A stretch of 64,000 bases of DNA from an uncultured Flavobacteriales bacterium (GTDB taxonomy: Bacteria > Bacteroidota > Bacteroidia > Flavobacteriales > UBA7312), in assembly GCA_913048435.1 (NCBI GenBank), contig CAJWWC010000002.1, forward strand, positions 33,485-97,484, in the 5' to 3' direction. The notes beneath the pieces were generated by a model. It had not been told where the DNA came from. It did not search any database and saw only the letters and a list, made by a program, of their open reading frames with translations. Positions within the stretch are counted from its first letter, which is position 1. Every line of letters begins with the position of its first letter. A program made the position numbers and the translations under genes. Positions 10,413 to 19,690 of the stretch are shown here, one piece after another.

Positions 10413-11534
10413 TTGAAATACCTATTTATTTTCTATTTATTATTAGGCTTTACAAGCCTTTATGCACAATCATACGATAATCCTGAAAGTGTGGATTATG
10501 ATAGTGATAGTCAGCGTTATTTTGTGTCTAACTCTAGTCAAGGTCAAATACTTTCTTATGATGCTTTAAACGATGAATTAGAAATTTTCGCCTCAGGTGT
10601 TGGCTCTGGCCCTCACGGACTGGAAGTTGTGGGTGAAGAATTATTTGCCTGTAGTGGCAGTTATCTCAAAGCATATAATCTTATTACTAAAGAACAAACT
10701 GTAATCGTAAATTTAGGTGCAACATTTGCTAATGGTATTACTCACAAAGGCAATAATATATTCATTTCAGATTTTGTTGGAAAAGATATCTATCGCTACA
10801 ATAAGGTCAGCGGTAATTTCAATATTTATATAGAAAATCTACCCAAAACACCTAACGGTATTTTTTATGACGAAATACAAGATCGACTATTAGTAGTATG
10901 CTGGGGAAATAACGCCCCGGTTTATGAAATCAACATGACAGACTCTTCATACAGCATAATAACAAATACGAACTTAGGTAACTGTGATGGAATCACAATG
11001 GATAATAACGGAGATTTTTATGTTTCGGCATGGAGTAACAATGCAATTAGTAAATTTAATAGTGATTTTAGCGGTGGTTCTACTATTGTTGTTTCTAATA
11101 TGAGCAACCCTGCCGATATATACTACAACAGAGCAACTGACACCCTAGCCATACCAAATTCCGGAAACAATACTGTTGTATTCGTAGATTTTAGCCCATC
11201 TTTTGCTTCATATATTTGTGTAGATAAAGGTTGTGTTGAACTTAGTGGTGATGACGGGGACTACTCCACATTAGAAGATTGTGAATTCGCATGTCTAACT
11301 ACAAAAATTAAAGAAAAAGAATCTTCATCTAGCCTAATATTTCCGAACCCTGTAACAAATGGTGAGTCGATTACAATCAACCAAACAGAATCTGTTTCAT
11401 TGTACACCTTGCAAGGTAAAAAAATATACGAAAAGAAAATGTATGGCAATTTTTCTCTCAAACTACCACAACTTGATAAAGGCTTTTATTTAATTAAAAT
11501 TAATCAAGAAATAACAAAAATTATAATTAAATAA
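10413..11534 (+). CDS. Secreted beta-propeller-like protein (SMP-30/NHL-like) with T9SS C-terminal sorting domain
   Basis: TTG start 2 nt after the previous stop, with a signal peptide. Repeated blade-like segments (PESVDYD..RYFVSN, ANGITHKGNNIFISD, PNGIFYD, CDGITMDNNGDFYVS, PADIYYN). CTD IFPNPVTNGESITI...GFYLIKINQEITKIIIK. Confidence 0.5.
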   Translation: MKYLFIFYLLLGFTSLYAQSYDNPESVDYDSDSQRYFVSNSSQGQILSYDALNDELEIFASGVGSGPHGLEVVGEELFACSGSYLKAYNLITKEQTVIVNLGATFANGITHKGNNIFISDFVGKDIYRYNKVSGNFNIYIENLPKTPNGIFYDEIQDRLLVVCWGNNAPVYEINMTDSSYSIITNTNLGNCDGITMDNNGDFYVSAWSNNAISKFNSDFSGGSTIVVSNMSNPADIYYNRATDTLAIPNSGNNTVVFVDFSPSFASYICVDKGCVELSGDDGDYSTLEDCEFACLTTKIKEKESSSSLIFPNPVTNGESITINQTESVSLYTLQGKKIYEKKMYGNFSLKLPQLDKGFYLIKINQEITKIIIK

Positions 11535-11599
11535 ATTGCAATTCAAAAAGGATATTTAAAAGACCATTTTTAAATGTACTTGATTTGTATAAATTAGCG

Positions 11600-13642
11600 A
11601 TGGATATGAAATGTACTATAACATATTTTTTAGTATTTTTTTTATTAGTGTCATGTCGTCACGATTTTGAAAGGCCTACATGGGAAACTGATATCAGTAC
11701 ACCATTGATACATACTAGTTTAGACTTTACCAACATAATTAATGACACTATTTTAAAATTTGATACTTTAAATGATAATAGCTTAAAACTACTTTTTCAA
11801 AAAGAAATAATTAACTACAGTTTTGATAGTTTAATTAATTTAAAACCTATAAGTACGACTAAAAATGTGAAGTTAGAGACTATCAACTTCTCAAATACAA
11901 CAATTACTAATTCGGTAACATTGGGAAACTTAATTTCCTCAATAGATTTTGGCACATTTTTATTACCTAATGGCGGCACAGCAATTATTCCAGCTTACTC
12001 AGACTTACTTAATAACGTTTTTCCTATAGATGCAAATGAATATTTTGAAGAGATGATATTCACCGAGGGTAATATAGAATTAATAATTGAAAATGGACTT
12101 CCAACTGATTTGAGTAATGTTGTTATAGAACTTCGAAATGCTGGACAAAGTAACAACATTATTACAATGAATATTCCAACATTAGTTAGTGGCGAAAGTA
12201 AGACAACTACACAATCATTAGCTAATCAAACTTTATTTGGCAATTTAGAGGTAGAGATAATTAGTGCTGATATTGTTGGAACATCACCGAATGCTGTTAC
12301 AATTGATTATAGCGATGCGTTAACATCTAAAATAATTATACGTGATATAGAGCTTCAAGAAGGTGTTGCAATATTCCCAAGTCAAGAAATTTTTGATGAA
12401 GATACCGTCGTTGCGTTTGATATTGGAGAAGTCAAACTAAAAAGGGTACTAGTCGCTGAAGGTGGTGTAGAAGTAGTAGGCGTAAGCACTATACAAGATA
12501 CTCTGAAAATTGAGTATAAAATTCCTGGAACAACTTTCAATGGTCAGCCTTTTGAATTTTATTATGAATTACCACCAGCACCCGAGGGTGGATCAATTAC
12601 TGAGACTAAGCTATTCGACTTTTCAGGATATCTAATAGATATGACAGGAAAATATGGGGATACCATAAACACAATATATACTGAATCTAGAGGCTGGATT
12701 GATTCATCTGGTGTTATAACTCATATTTCACTTGAAGACAGCGTATTTAATACTATTACGATAAAAGAGATTATTCCAGACAAAGCCTGGGGTTACATGG
12801 GCAAAGATACTGTCTATGAAAATCAAGAGTTGGATTTTAGTAATTTTTCTAGTTTTAATGGACAATTCGATTTAAAATTCACTGAAGTGAAATTATTAAC
12901 TGAAAATTTCATTGGTGCTAATGCCGATATAAAAATTAATAATTTTAAAAGTATTAATGACCAAAGTGAAATTGAATTAAATAGCGATATTTTATCCTCA
13001 ATCATAAATATTAATGCAGCTTCTGAAAATCTGAACTCTGGTCATGAAGTAAATTCAAGTACTATTGAATTAGTATTCGATGAAAAAAATTCTAACATAG
13101 ACGAACTTATAGAAAATAAACCCAAAACTATAGGTGTAGATTTCGAAATATTACTCAACCCTAATGACAATCAAGAAGATGGTTTTTTGTTCAGAAACTA
13201 TGGAATAAAATCAGAATTACAGATTGAAATACCCTTGTCCTTTTCTGGCTCAAATATAATTTTGAAAGATACTTTAGATGTTTCTTTTTCAATTGACAAT
13301 ATTCAACAAGGTTCGTTATCTTTATTAGTGCAAAACAGTTATCCAATCGATGCTGAAATTAAAATGATTTTAATGGATGAAAATAATTTGGCTCTCGAAA
13401 ATCTTTTTTCTGAACAAATTGTTCAAGCAAGTGAAGTTGATGCTTTCGGTAAAACAATTTCAAGTACCTCAAGTGAATTACACTTTCCTTTTAACAATAT
13501 CAGCGAAAGCTTGTTGTCATGTAAAAAGATAGCTTTTGAGGTCAAGCTCGACACACAGCCTTCAAATCAATTTATCACTATATATGATTACTACACAATG
13601 GATTTAAAACTTGTTGCCAAATTCAATTATTACTTAGAATAA
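11600..13642 (+). CDS. Large lipoprotein of unknown function
   Basis: Lipobox FLLVSC after MDMKCTITYFLVF (the track start at 11585 is TTG; ATGs lie at 11600 and 11606). About 660 aa, beta-rich, with no motif I recognise. Its stop overlaps the next start (TAATG). Confidence 0.6.
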   Translation: MDMKCTITYFLVFFLLVSCRHDFERPTWETDISTPLIHTSLDFTNIINDTILKFDTLNDNSLKLLFQKEIINYSFDSLINLKPISTTKNVKLETINFSNTTITNSVTLGNLISSIDFGTFLLPNGGTAIIPAYSDLLNNVFPIDANEYFEEMIFTEGNIELIIENGLPTDLSNVVIELRNAGQSNNIITMNIPTLVSGESKTTTQSLANQTLFGNLEVEIISADIVGTSPNAVTIDYSDALTSKIIIRDIELQEGVAIFPSQEIFDEDTVVAFDIGEVKLKRVLVAEGGVEVVGVSTIQDTLKIEYKIPGTTFNGQPFEFYYELPPAPEGGSITETKLFDFSGYLIDMTGKYGDTINTIYTESRGWIDSSGVITHISLEDSVFNTITIKEIIPDKAWGYMGKDTVYENQELDFSNFSSFNGQFDLKFTEVKLLTENFIGANADIKINNFKSINDQSEIELNSDILSSIININAASENLNSGHEVNSSTIELVFDEKNSNIDELIENKPKTIGVDFEILLNPNDNQEDGFLFRNYGIKSELQIEIPLSFSGSNIILKDTLDVSFSIDNIQQGSLSLLVQNSYPIDAEIKMILMDENNLALENLFSEQIVQASEVDAFGKTISSTSSELHFPFNNISESLLSCKKIAFEVKLDTQPSNQFITIYDYYTMDLKLVAKFNYYLE

Positions 13643-14811
13643 TGCCAAAGTACTTTTTGATTTTATTGTTATTTCTTAATTTATCGGTTTATTCACAGGA
13701 AAGTTCAGTTGAGTTTAAAACAGACATAGGTTTTTTCAATAACAACATAAATGCAGAATTGCTATTTCAGTCTTTTGGATTTTTGGATGAAACTGAAAAG
13801 TACAATATTTTAAATGTTCTAAAATCAAAAAATAATATTGCTTTCGAAATGAATAATTCTTTTAGGTACAAAAATTCAAAAGAATGGGGACTTAGTCTTT
13901 CTAATAATGTTGGAGCATATGCAACCTACTCAAAATCGTTAGCACAATTAATTCTTTTGGGTAATACTCCATTCAAGGGTGAAAATTTAAAGCTGGACCC
14001 AATTGATATCACGGCATTTAATTATACTCAACTAAAATTTTTATATAAATGGAATAAAAAAATAGAAACAAACGTAGGATTAATTTTAGGACATCATTTA
14101 TTAAATGCTAATGTTAACAAAGGGTATTTTTATACAGACTCACAAGCTTCCTTTATTAATTATGAACTAGATTATGAAGCTCACTTTACTAATTCAATAG
14201 ATTTGAGACAAAATCCATACAGTAATAATGGTTATGGTGCATCATTTGGCATGCGCTACAAAGAAAGTATAGATAAAGGATCAATTCAAATTACAATAAG
14301 TGATATAGGGTTCATCAACTGGAATAAAAAAACTACCAACATATATATTAAAAATCAATATGAATTTGAAGGAATATATGTTGACAACTTCATAAACTTC
14401 AATGATAGTATCATAAGAAATGAAATTGATAGCCTTCAATATAATTTACAAGTCAATACAAAAGAAAGTTTTATATGGAAAATTCCTACAAGATTATCAC
14501 TTAAAATTAATCAATCTTTAAACTCATCATTTATTCAAACATATTCTATTACTATGGATCATCGAATTAACCTATACAATACTCCAAGATTTGCTATAGA
14601 AATTAGTAAAAAAATAAAAAAACATAATATGACATTAGGTTATCATATTGGAGGTGTAGAACATATAGGTTTTCAATTCAAATACTTCTACTTGGGAGAA
14701 AAAAATCAATTATATATTTGTACTAAACAATTTAATTTTGGTATACCATCATTAAGCTATGGTCTTCATGTGGGCATTGGAATTAAAAGAGTGTTTTCCA
14801 GAACTAACTAA
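13642..14811 (+). CDS. Secreted protein of unknown function, probably an outer-membrane beta-barrel
   Basis: Signal peptide MPKYFLILLLFLNLSVYSQ. Many short amphipathic alternating segments (WGLSLSNNVGAYATY, TNVGLILGHHLL, GASFGMRYK, IQITISDIGFINW, MTLGYHIGG, IGFQFKYFYLG, GLHVGIGIKRVF). No family assigned. Confidence 0.55.
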   Translation: MPKYFLILLLFLNLSVYSQESSVEFKTDIGFFNNNINAELLFQSFGFLDETEKYNILNVLKSKNNIAFEMNNSFRYKNSKEWGLSLSNNVGAYATYSKSLAQLILLGNTPFKGENLKLDPIDITAFNYTQLKFLYKWNKKIETNVGLILGHHLLNANVNKGYFYTDSQASFINYELDYEAHFTNSIDLRQNPYSNNGYGASFGMRYKESIDKGSIQITISDIGFINWNKKTTNIYIKNQYEFEGIYVDNFINFNDSIIRNEIDSLQYNLQVNTKESFIWKIPTRLSLKINQSLNSSFIQTYSITMDHRINLYNTPRFAIEISKKIKKHNMTLGYHIGGVEHIGFQFKYFYLGEKNQLYICTKQFNFGIPSLSYGLHVGIGIKRVFSRTN

Positions 14812-14923
14812 ATTTTAAATTAAAAATAAAGAAATTTTATGTATGGTCGTTTAAATTTTTAATTCTGCCAAATAATATTGTTATAATTATAGAATAATTA
14901 AAATTTTCAAAAAATAATCAAAA

Positions 14924-16807
14924 TCATTTTATTCTAAAAGCTGTCCTTCTGTTGCGAGCTCTACCTTGTTCAGTATCATTATTAGAAATTGGTTGACTTG
15001 GACCAAAACCTTTAAATGTCATTCTTTTGGAGTTAATTCCATTATTAACAAGATATTCAAAAACAGCCTTGGCTCTATTTTCAGAAAGCATTAAATTATG
15101 GGATTCTGCGCCGATATTATCTGTGTGTCCTTCTATCTCAACTTCTAAATTTTCATTGTTCTCCATAAAATTTAGTAAGGTATTCAGCTCTACTTCAGAT
15201 TCACTTTTCAAAGTGTAGGCATCAGTATCAAAGAATATATTTTTCAATACTATTTTACTACCCTTATCAATAGGTTGTAAAGCAATATCTAAGCTAAGTG
15301 CTTGTAATGCACTTTGGTTATCTAGGGAAAAATTTTCAGAGTGAAATAAATAACCATCTTTGAAAATATTAACAGCATAATTTGCATTAGCTGGTAGACA
15401 AGTAAAAAAATCTCCTGTTTTTGTATAAGTAAATGAAGATATCATAACATGAGCTGTAGCTAAATCAATAATTTCAACTTTTGATTTTATCGGTGTTTTA
15501 GTTACAGCATCAAAAACCTTAGTATTAAGATAAGCTACTTGCTGTGATTGCATTTCTTTAGGTAGATGAAACCAGAAAATATCTTCTTGACCGAAACCTG
15601 ATTTATCAGAAGCAAAATATGCTGTTTTACCATCTGAACCAACAATAAGACTATTTTCAACACCTAAAGTGTTGATAGGATAACCTAAATTAATGGGGTT
15701 TTGCCAACTGGCGGCAGGATAATCTCTTCGAGTTAAAAACAAATCAAAATCACCTAAACCCGGGTGCCCATTAGATGCAAAATATAAGCTTTGGTTATCG
15801 GTATGTATAAAGGGTGACATTTCATCGTATGGGGTATTGATAGTAGATCCCAAATTGACAGGTGTAGAAAAGGTACCTTGCTCAGAAAGTACACTTTTCC
15901 ATATATCCATATCGCCATAGCCTCCTGGTCTGTTACTCACAAAATAAAGCTCTCTGCCATCTGGTGAAATAGTAGGCTGTGATTCCCAATGTTTACTATT
16001 AATGTTAGGTCCTAAATTTCTAGCTTCAGACCATTGTCCGTTTCTCATAATACTATAATATATATCGCAACGACCTAATCCATCATCTCGATCGCAAGCT
16101 GTAAAAAATAGAAGATTCCCACTAGGAGCTAAACACTGGGCTCCTTCATTTCCGATAGTATTGACAGATGATCCCATGTTTTGACATTTAGTCCACTTAC
16201 CATTTATAAATTCGCTTTCATAAAAATCTTCTGAAATAATATTTTTATATGGGCTCCTTCGAGTAAAAACAAATAACTTTCCATCAGCAGAAATACTAGG
16301 TAAATATTCTTCCCATTCACTATTTATTGCATTTCCCATATTTTTAAAATCAAAAGTCTTAGGGTTGGCTATCGCATTGATTGAAAAATCACAGTTTTTA
16401 ATTTCTTTTTTAGAAGATTTTCTTTTTTCTAAACTCTGATTCTTAAAAGTTAAAAAATGATTAAATGCTGTTTTAGCTTCTAAGTAATTTGGTATTTGCA
16501 TGTGTAACATACCTACTTTCCAATAACCCCACGCGTTGTTAGTGTTATTATCTGAAATACCTTTTAAGTAATTTTCAATTGCCAATTCTATGTTACCATT
16601 TTCTTCTTCAATCTGACCTAGCAGTAAATATGAAGGTAAATAGTTGGTATCATGTCGTATTGCCGATTGAACTAATTCTTTAGCTTTTTTGTCGTTACTC
16701 TCCTCATAAAACTTTACGGCTTTGTCATAAGCTTTTTTAGCTTTTGTGGTATTTTGTGACAACAGCATAGCAGGAATAAACAATAATATAATAAGAAGGT
16801 TTCTCAT
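14924..16807 (-). CDS. OmpA-family envelope protein, paralogue of 1832..3898 (TPR, PD40-like propeller, CarboxypepD_reg-like, OmpA_C)
   Basis: LPSISADGKLFVF, PTISPDGRELYFVSNRPGGYGDMDIW, SLYFASNGHPGLGDFDLF, GSDGKTAYFASDKSGFGQEDIF, ...DGYLFHSENF, and EGHTDNIGAESHNLMLSENRAKAV...NRRTAFRI. Confidence 0.8.
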   Translation of the reverse strand: MRNLLIILLFIPAMLLSQNTTKAKKAYDKAVKFYEESNDKKAKELVQSAIRHDTNYLPSYLLLGQIEEENGNIELAIENYLKGISDNNTNNAWGYWKVGMLHMQIPNYLEAKTAFNHFLTFKNQSLEKRKSSKKEIKNCDFSINAIANPKTFDFKNMGNAINSEWEEYLPSISADGKLFVFTRRSPYKNIISEDFYESEFINGKWTKCQNMGSSVNTIGNEGAQCLAPSGNLLFFTACDRDDGLGRCDIYYSIMRNGQWSEARNLGPNINSKHWESQPTISPDGRELYFVSNRPGGYGDMDIWKSVLSEQGTFSTPVNLGSTINTPYDEMSPFIHTDNQSLYFASNGHPGLGDFDLFLTRRDYPAASWQNPINLGYPINTLGVENSLIVGSDGKTAYFASDKSGFGQEDIFWFHLPKEMQSQQVAYLNTKVFDAVTKTPIKSKVEIIDLATAHVMISSFTYTKTGDFFTCLPANANYAVNIFKDGYLFHSENFSLDNQSALQALSLDIALQPIDKGSKIVLKNIFFDTDAYTLKSESEVELNTLLNFMENNENLEVEIEGHTDNIGAESHNLMLSENRAKAVFEYLVNNGINSKRMTFKGFGPSQPISNNDTEQGRARNRRTAFRIK

Positions 16808-16823
16808 TTTAATGAGGTATATG

Positions 16824-17456
16824 TTAGGGTATATTCATGTACTTATGTAATTGTAAGGATATATTCCATTTAGGATTATTCATCACGTAATCGACTATTT
16901 TTGGCATCATCTTTTTATACTTGCTCCATTCAGGCTGTAAGTATAATTTACAATCTGAAGAACATTGATTAGCAAATTGTTCTGCCCATTTAAAATCATT
17001 ACTACTATATATAACAACTTTTAACTCATTTGCCTCAGAAATTATTGTTTCTTTAGGAGGACATTTTTTCTTAGGCGATAAACAAATCCAATCAAAATTA
17101 CCACTTAATTGATGAGCTCCTGAAGTTTCTAAGTGAACTTTCATTCCATTTTTGTGAAGAATGTCAGTAAGTGGTAGCATATTCCACATCAAGGGCTCAC
17201 CTCCAGTAATAACAACTGTTTTAGTAGGATAAGTTAAAATTTGATTCATCATATTACTAACTTCTGTTGGTGGATGTAAATTTGCGTTCCAACTTTCTTT
17301 GACATCACACCAACCGCATCCTACATCACAACCACCTATCCTTAAAAAGAATGCCGATTTACCCGAGTGGTAACCCTCACCTTGAATAGTATAGAAGGCT
17401 TCCATAAGAGGTAACATTTGCCCCTCAGCGACTAATTTTTCTTGAATATTATTCAT
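16824..17456 (-). CDS. queE: 7-carboxy-7-deazaguanine synthase (radical SAM, queuosine pathway)
   Basis: [49 protein letters not shown] and the C-terminal [10 protein letters not shown] are collinear with E. coli QueE. Confidence 0.85.
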   Translation of the reverse strand: MNNIQEKLVAEGQMLPLMEAFYTIQGEGYHSGKSAFFLRIGGCDVGCGWCDVKESWNANLHPPTEVSNMMNQILTYPTKTVVITGGEPLMWNMLPLTDILHKNGMKVHLETSGAHQLSGNFDWICLSPKKKCPPKETIISEANELKVVIYSSNDFKWAEQFANQCSSDCKLYLQPEWSKYKKMMPKIVDYVMNNPKWNISLQLHKYMNIP

Positions 17457-18331
17457 TCAACAAATCCTTTTACAGCGTAAAGTGTATTTTTTAAAAGCAT
17501 AGCAATAGTCATTGGTCCTACTCCACCCGGTACAGGAGTTATAAAATCGCATTTTGGGGCAACATGTTCATAGTTTACATCTCCTTTTAACTTCCACCCA
17601 CTTTTGGTTTTGTCCGAATTTACCCGAGTAATACCAACATCAATTACACATGCACCTTCCTTTACCATATCGTCGGTAATATATTCGGCACGCCCTAGCG
17701 CAACAATAAGAATATCGGCCGTTAGGCATAATTCTTTGAGGTTGGTGGTTCTACTGTGTGTTAAAGTCACGGTACAATTACCAGGGTAGCTATTTCTTGC
17801 CATAAGGATACTCATAGGTGAACCAACGATGTGACTACGCCCTACCACAACGCAGTGTTTACCCACAGTATCTATATTGTATCGCTTTATCAATTCGACT
17901 ATACCAGCAGGTGTGGCAGGAAGAAATGTAGGTAAATTTAGTGCCATTTTCCCTATGTTTTGAGGATGAAAACCATCGACATCTTTGGAGGGCAATATGG
18001 TTTCAGTAATGGTCATTTCATTGATGTGCGAGGGTAATGGCAGTTGTACAATTAAACCATCGATATTGGCATCCTTATTTATTTTATTGACTTCTGCTAC
18101 TAATTCATTTTCTGTAATACTTTCATCAAAACGCAATAAAGTAGAATCAAAACCAACCCTTTCACAAGCTTTTACTTTAGCACCCACGTAAGTTTCACTA
18201 GCTCCATTGTTGCCAACCAAAATAGCTGCTAAATGTGGTTTCTTCTTGCCCTTATCTATTAAAGCCTGAACTTCTTGAGCAATCTCTTGCTGAATATCTA
18301 AAGAAGTTTGTTTCCCGTCTATTACCTGCAT
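17453..18331 (-). CDS. folD: Bifunctional methylenetetrahydrofolate dehydrogenase / methenyl-THF cyclohydrolase
   Basis: [57 protein letters not shown] and [15 protein letters not shown]. Confidence 0.95.
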   Translation of the reverse strand: MQVIDGKQTSLDIQQEIAQEVQALIDKGKKKPHLAAILVGNNGASETYVGAKVKACERVGFDSTLLRFDESITENELVAEVNKINKDANIDGLIVQLPLPSHINEMTITETILPSKDVDGFHPQNIGKMALNLPTFLPATPAGIVELIKRYNIDTVGKHCVVVGRSHIVGSPMSILMARNSYPGNCTVTLTHSRTTNLKELCLTADILIVALGRAEYITDDMVKEGACVIDVGITRVNSDKTKSGWKLKGDVNYEHVAPKCDFITPVPGGVGPMTIAMLLKNTLYAVKGFVE

Positions 18332-18341
18332 AAAATTTGTA

Positions 18342-19685
18342 TTACATACGTGGCATACCGCCTTTATTTTTCATCATTTGCATCATCTGCTTAGCACCAC
18401 CGCCTTGCATCATCTTCATCATCTTGCCCATTTGTCCAAACTGCTTTATCAACTGATTGACTTCTTGTATTGAAGTACCACTACCATTGGCAATTCGCTT
18501 TCTTCGGCTACCATTCAAAATTTTAGGGTTACTTCTTTCCTCAAGAGTCATGGACTTTATCATAGCTTCTATTCCTTTAAAGGCATCATCATCAATATCC
18601 ACCCCTTTTAGAGCTTTGCCCATTCCAGGTATCATGCCCATCAAGTCTTTCATATTTCCCATCTTCTTGATTTGCTGAATTTGCTTTAGAAAATCATCAA
18701 AGCCAAATTGGTTCTTGGCAATTTTCTTTTGCATCTTACGGGCTTCTTCTTCATCGAATTGCTGTTGAGCCCTTTCAACTAAAGAAATAACATCACCCAT
18801 ACCCAAAATACGACTAGCCATTCTATCTGGGTGAAATACGTCCAAACCGTCCATCTTTTCACTCGTACCGATAAACTTAATCGGCTTATCTACAACCGAG
18901 CGAATTGTTAAAGCAGCACCACCACGAGTGTCACCATCTAACTTAGTCAAAACGACACCGTCAAAATTTAACCTCTCATTAAATGCTTTGGCCGTATTAA
19001 CAGCATCCTGTCCAGTCATCGAGTCCACAACAAATAATATCTCATTAGGATTAGTGGCTGACTTGACAGCAGCTATCTCATTCATCATTTGTTCATCTAT
19101 GGCTAAACGACCTGCTGTATCGACAATAACCACATTATGATTATTTTTTTTGGCATGTTTTATAGCGTTTTGAGCAATCTCAACAGGTTTTTTATTCTCT
19201 ACTTCCTTATAAACTTCTACGCCTACTTGCTCTCCCAATACGCCTAGTTGGTCAATAGCGGCTGGTCTGTAAACATCACAAGCTACCAACAAAGGCTTTT
19301 TGTTTAGCTTAGTTTTTAAGTGAAGGGCTAACTTTCCCGTAAACGTAGTTTTACCAGAACCTTGCAATCCCGCTATCAATATTACTGTGGGATTATCATC
19401 TAGATTAATTTCAGATTTGGAGCTACCCATCAATTCAGCGAGTTCATCACGCATAATCTTGGTAAGCAATTGACCAGGCTCAACAGCAGTAAGTACTTGC
19501 TGACCTATAGCTTTTTGCTTAACAGATGCTGTAAACTGCTTAGCAGTTTTAAAATCCACATCGGCAGATAACAATGCCTTACGGATTTCTTTCATAGTCT
19601 GTGCTACGTTAATTTCCGAAATACTACCTTGCCCTTTGAGGACTTTAAAGGCTTTTTCTAATTTTTCTGATAAATTTTCAAACAT
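18342..19685 (-). CDS. ffh: Signal recognition particle protein Ffh
   Basis: [47 protein letters not shown]-like motif, and a Met-rich M domain at the C-terminus. Confidence 0.95.
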   Translation of the reverse strand: MFENLSEKLEKAFKVLKGQGSISEINVAQTMKEIRKALLSADVDFKTAKQFTASVKQKAIGQQVLTAVEPGQLLTKIMRDELAELMGSSKSEINLDDNPTVILIAGLQGSGKTTFTGKLALHLKTKLNKKPLLVACDVYRPAAIDQLGVLGEQVGVEVYKEVENKKPVEIAQNAIKHAKKNNHNVVIVDTAGRLAIDEQMMNEIAAVKSATNPNEILFVVDSMTGQDAVNTAKAFNERLNFDGVVLTKLDGDTRGGAALTIRSVVDKPIKFIGTSEKMDGLDVFHPDRMASRILGMGDVISLVERAQQQFDEEEARKMQKKIAKNQFGFDDFLKQIQQIKKMGNMKDLMGMIPGMGKALKGVDIDDDAFKGIEAMIKSMTLEERSNPKILNGSRRKRIANGSGTSIQEVNQLIKQFGQMGKMMKMMQGGGAKQMMQMMKNKGGMPRM

Positions 19686-19690
19686 ATTTT

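Noticed and set aside
13642-14811. Calling the 389-aa secreted protein PorV, PorP/SprF or another named T9SS barrel
   Set aside because: The size is compatible, but I could not find the sequence signatures I associate with those families. Naming it would be a guess, so it is left as unknown.
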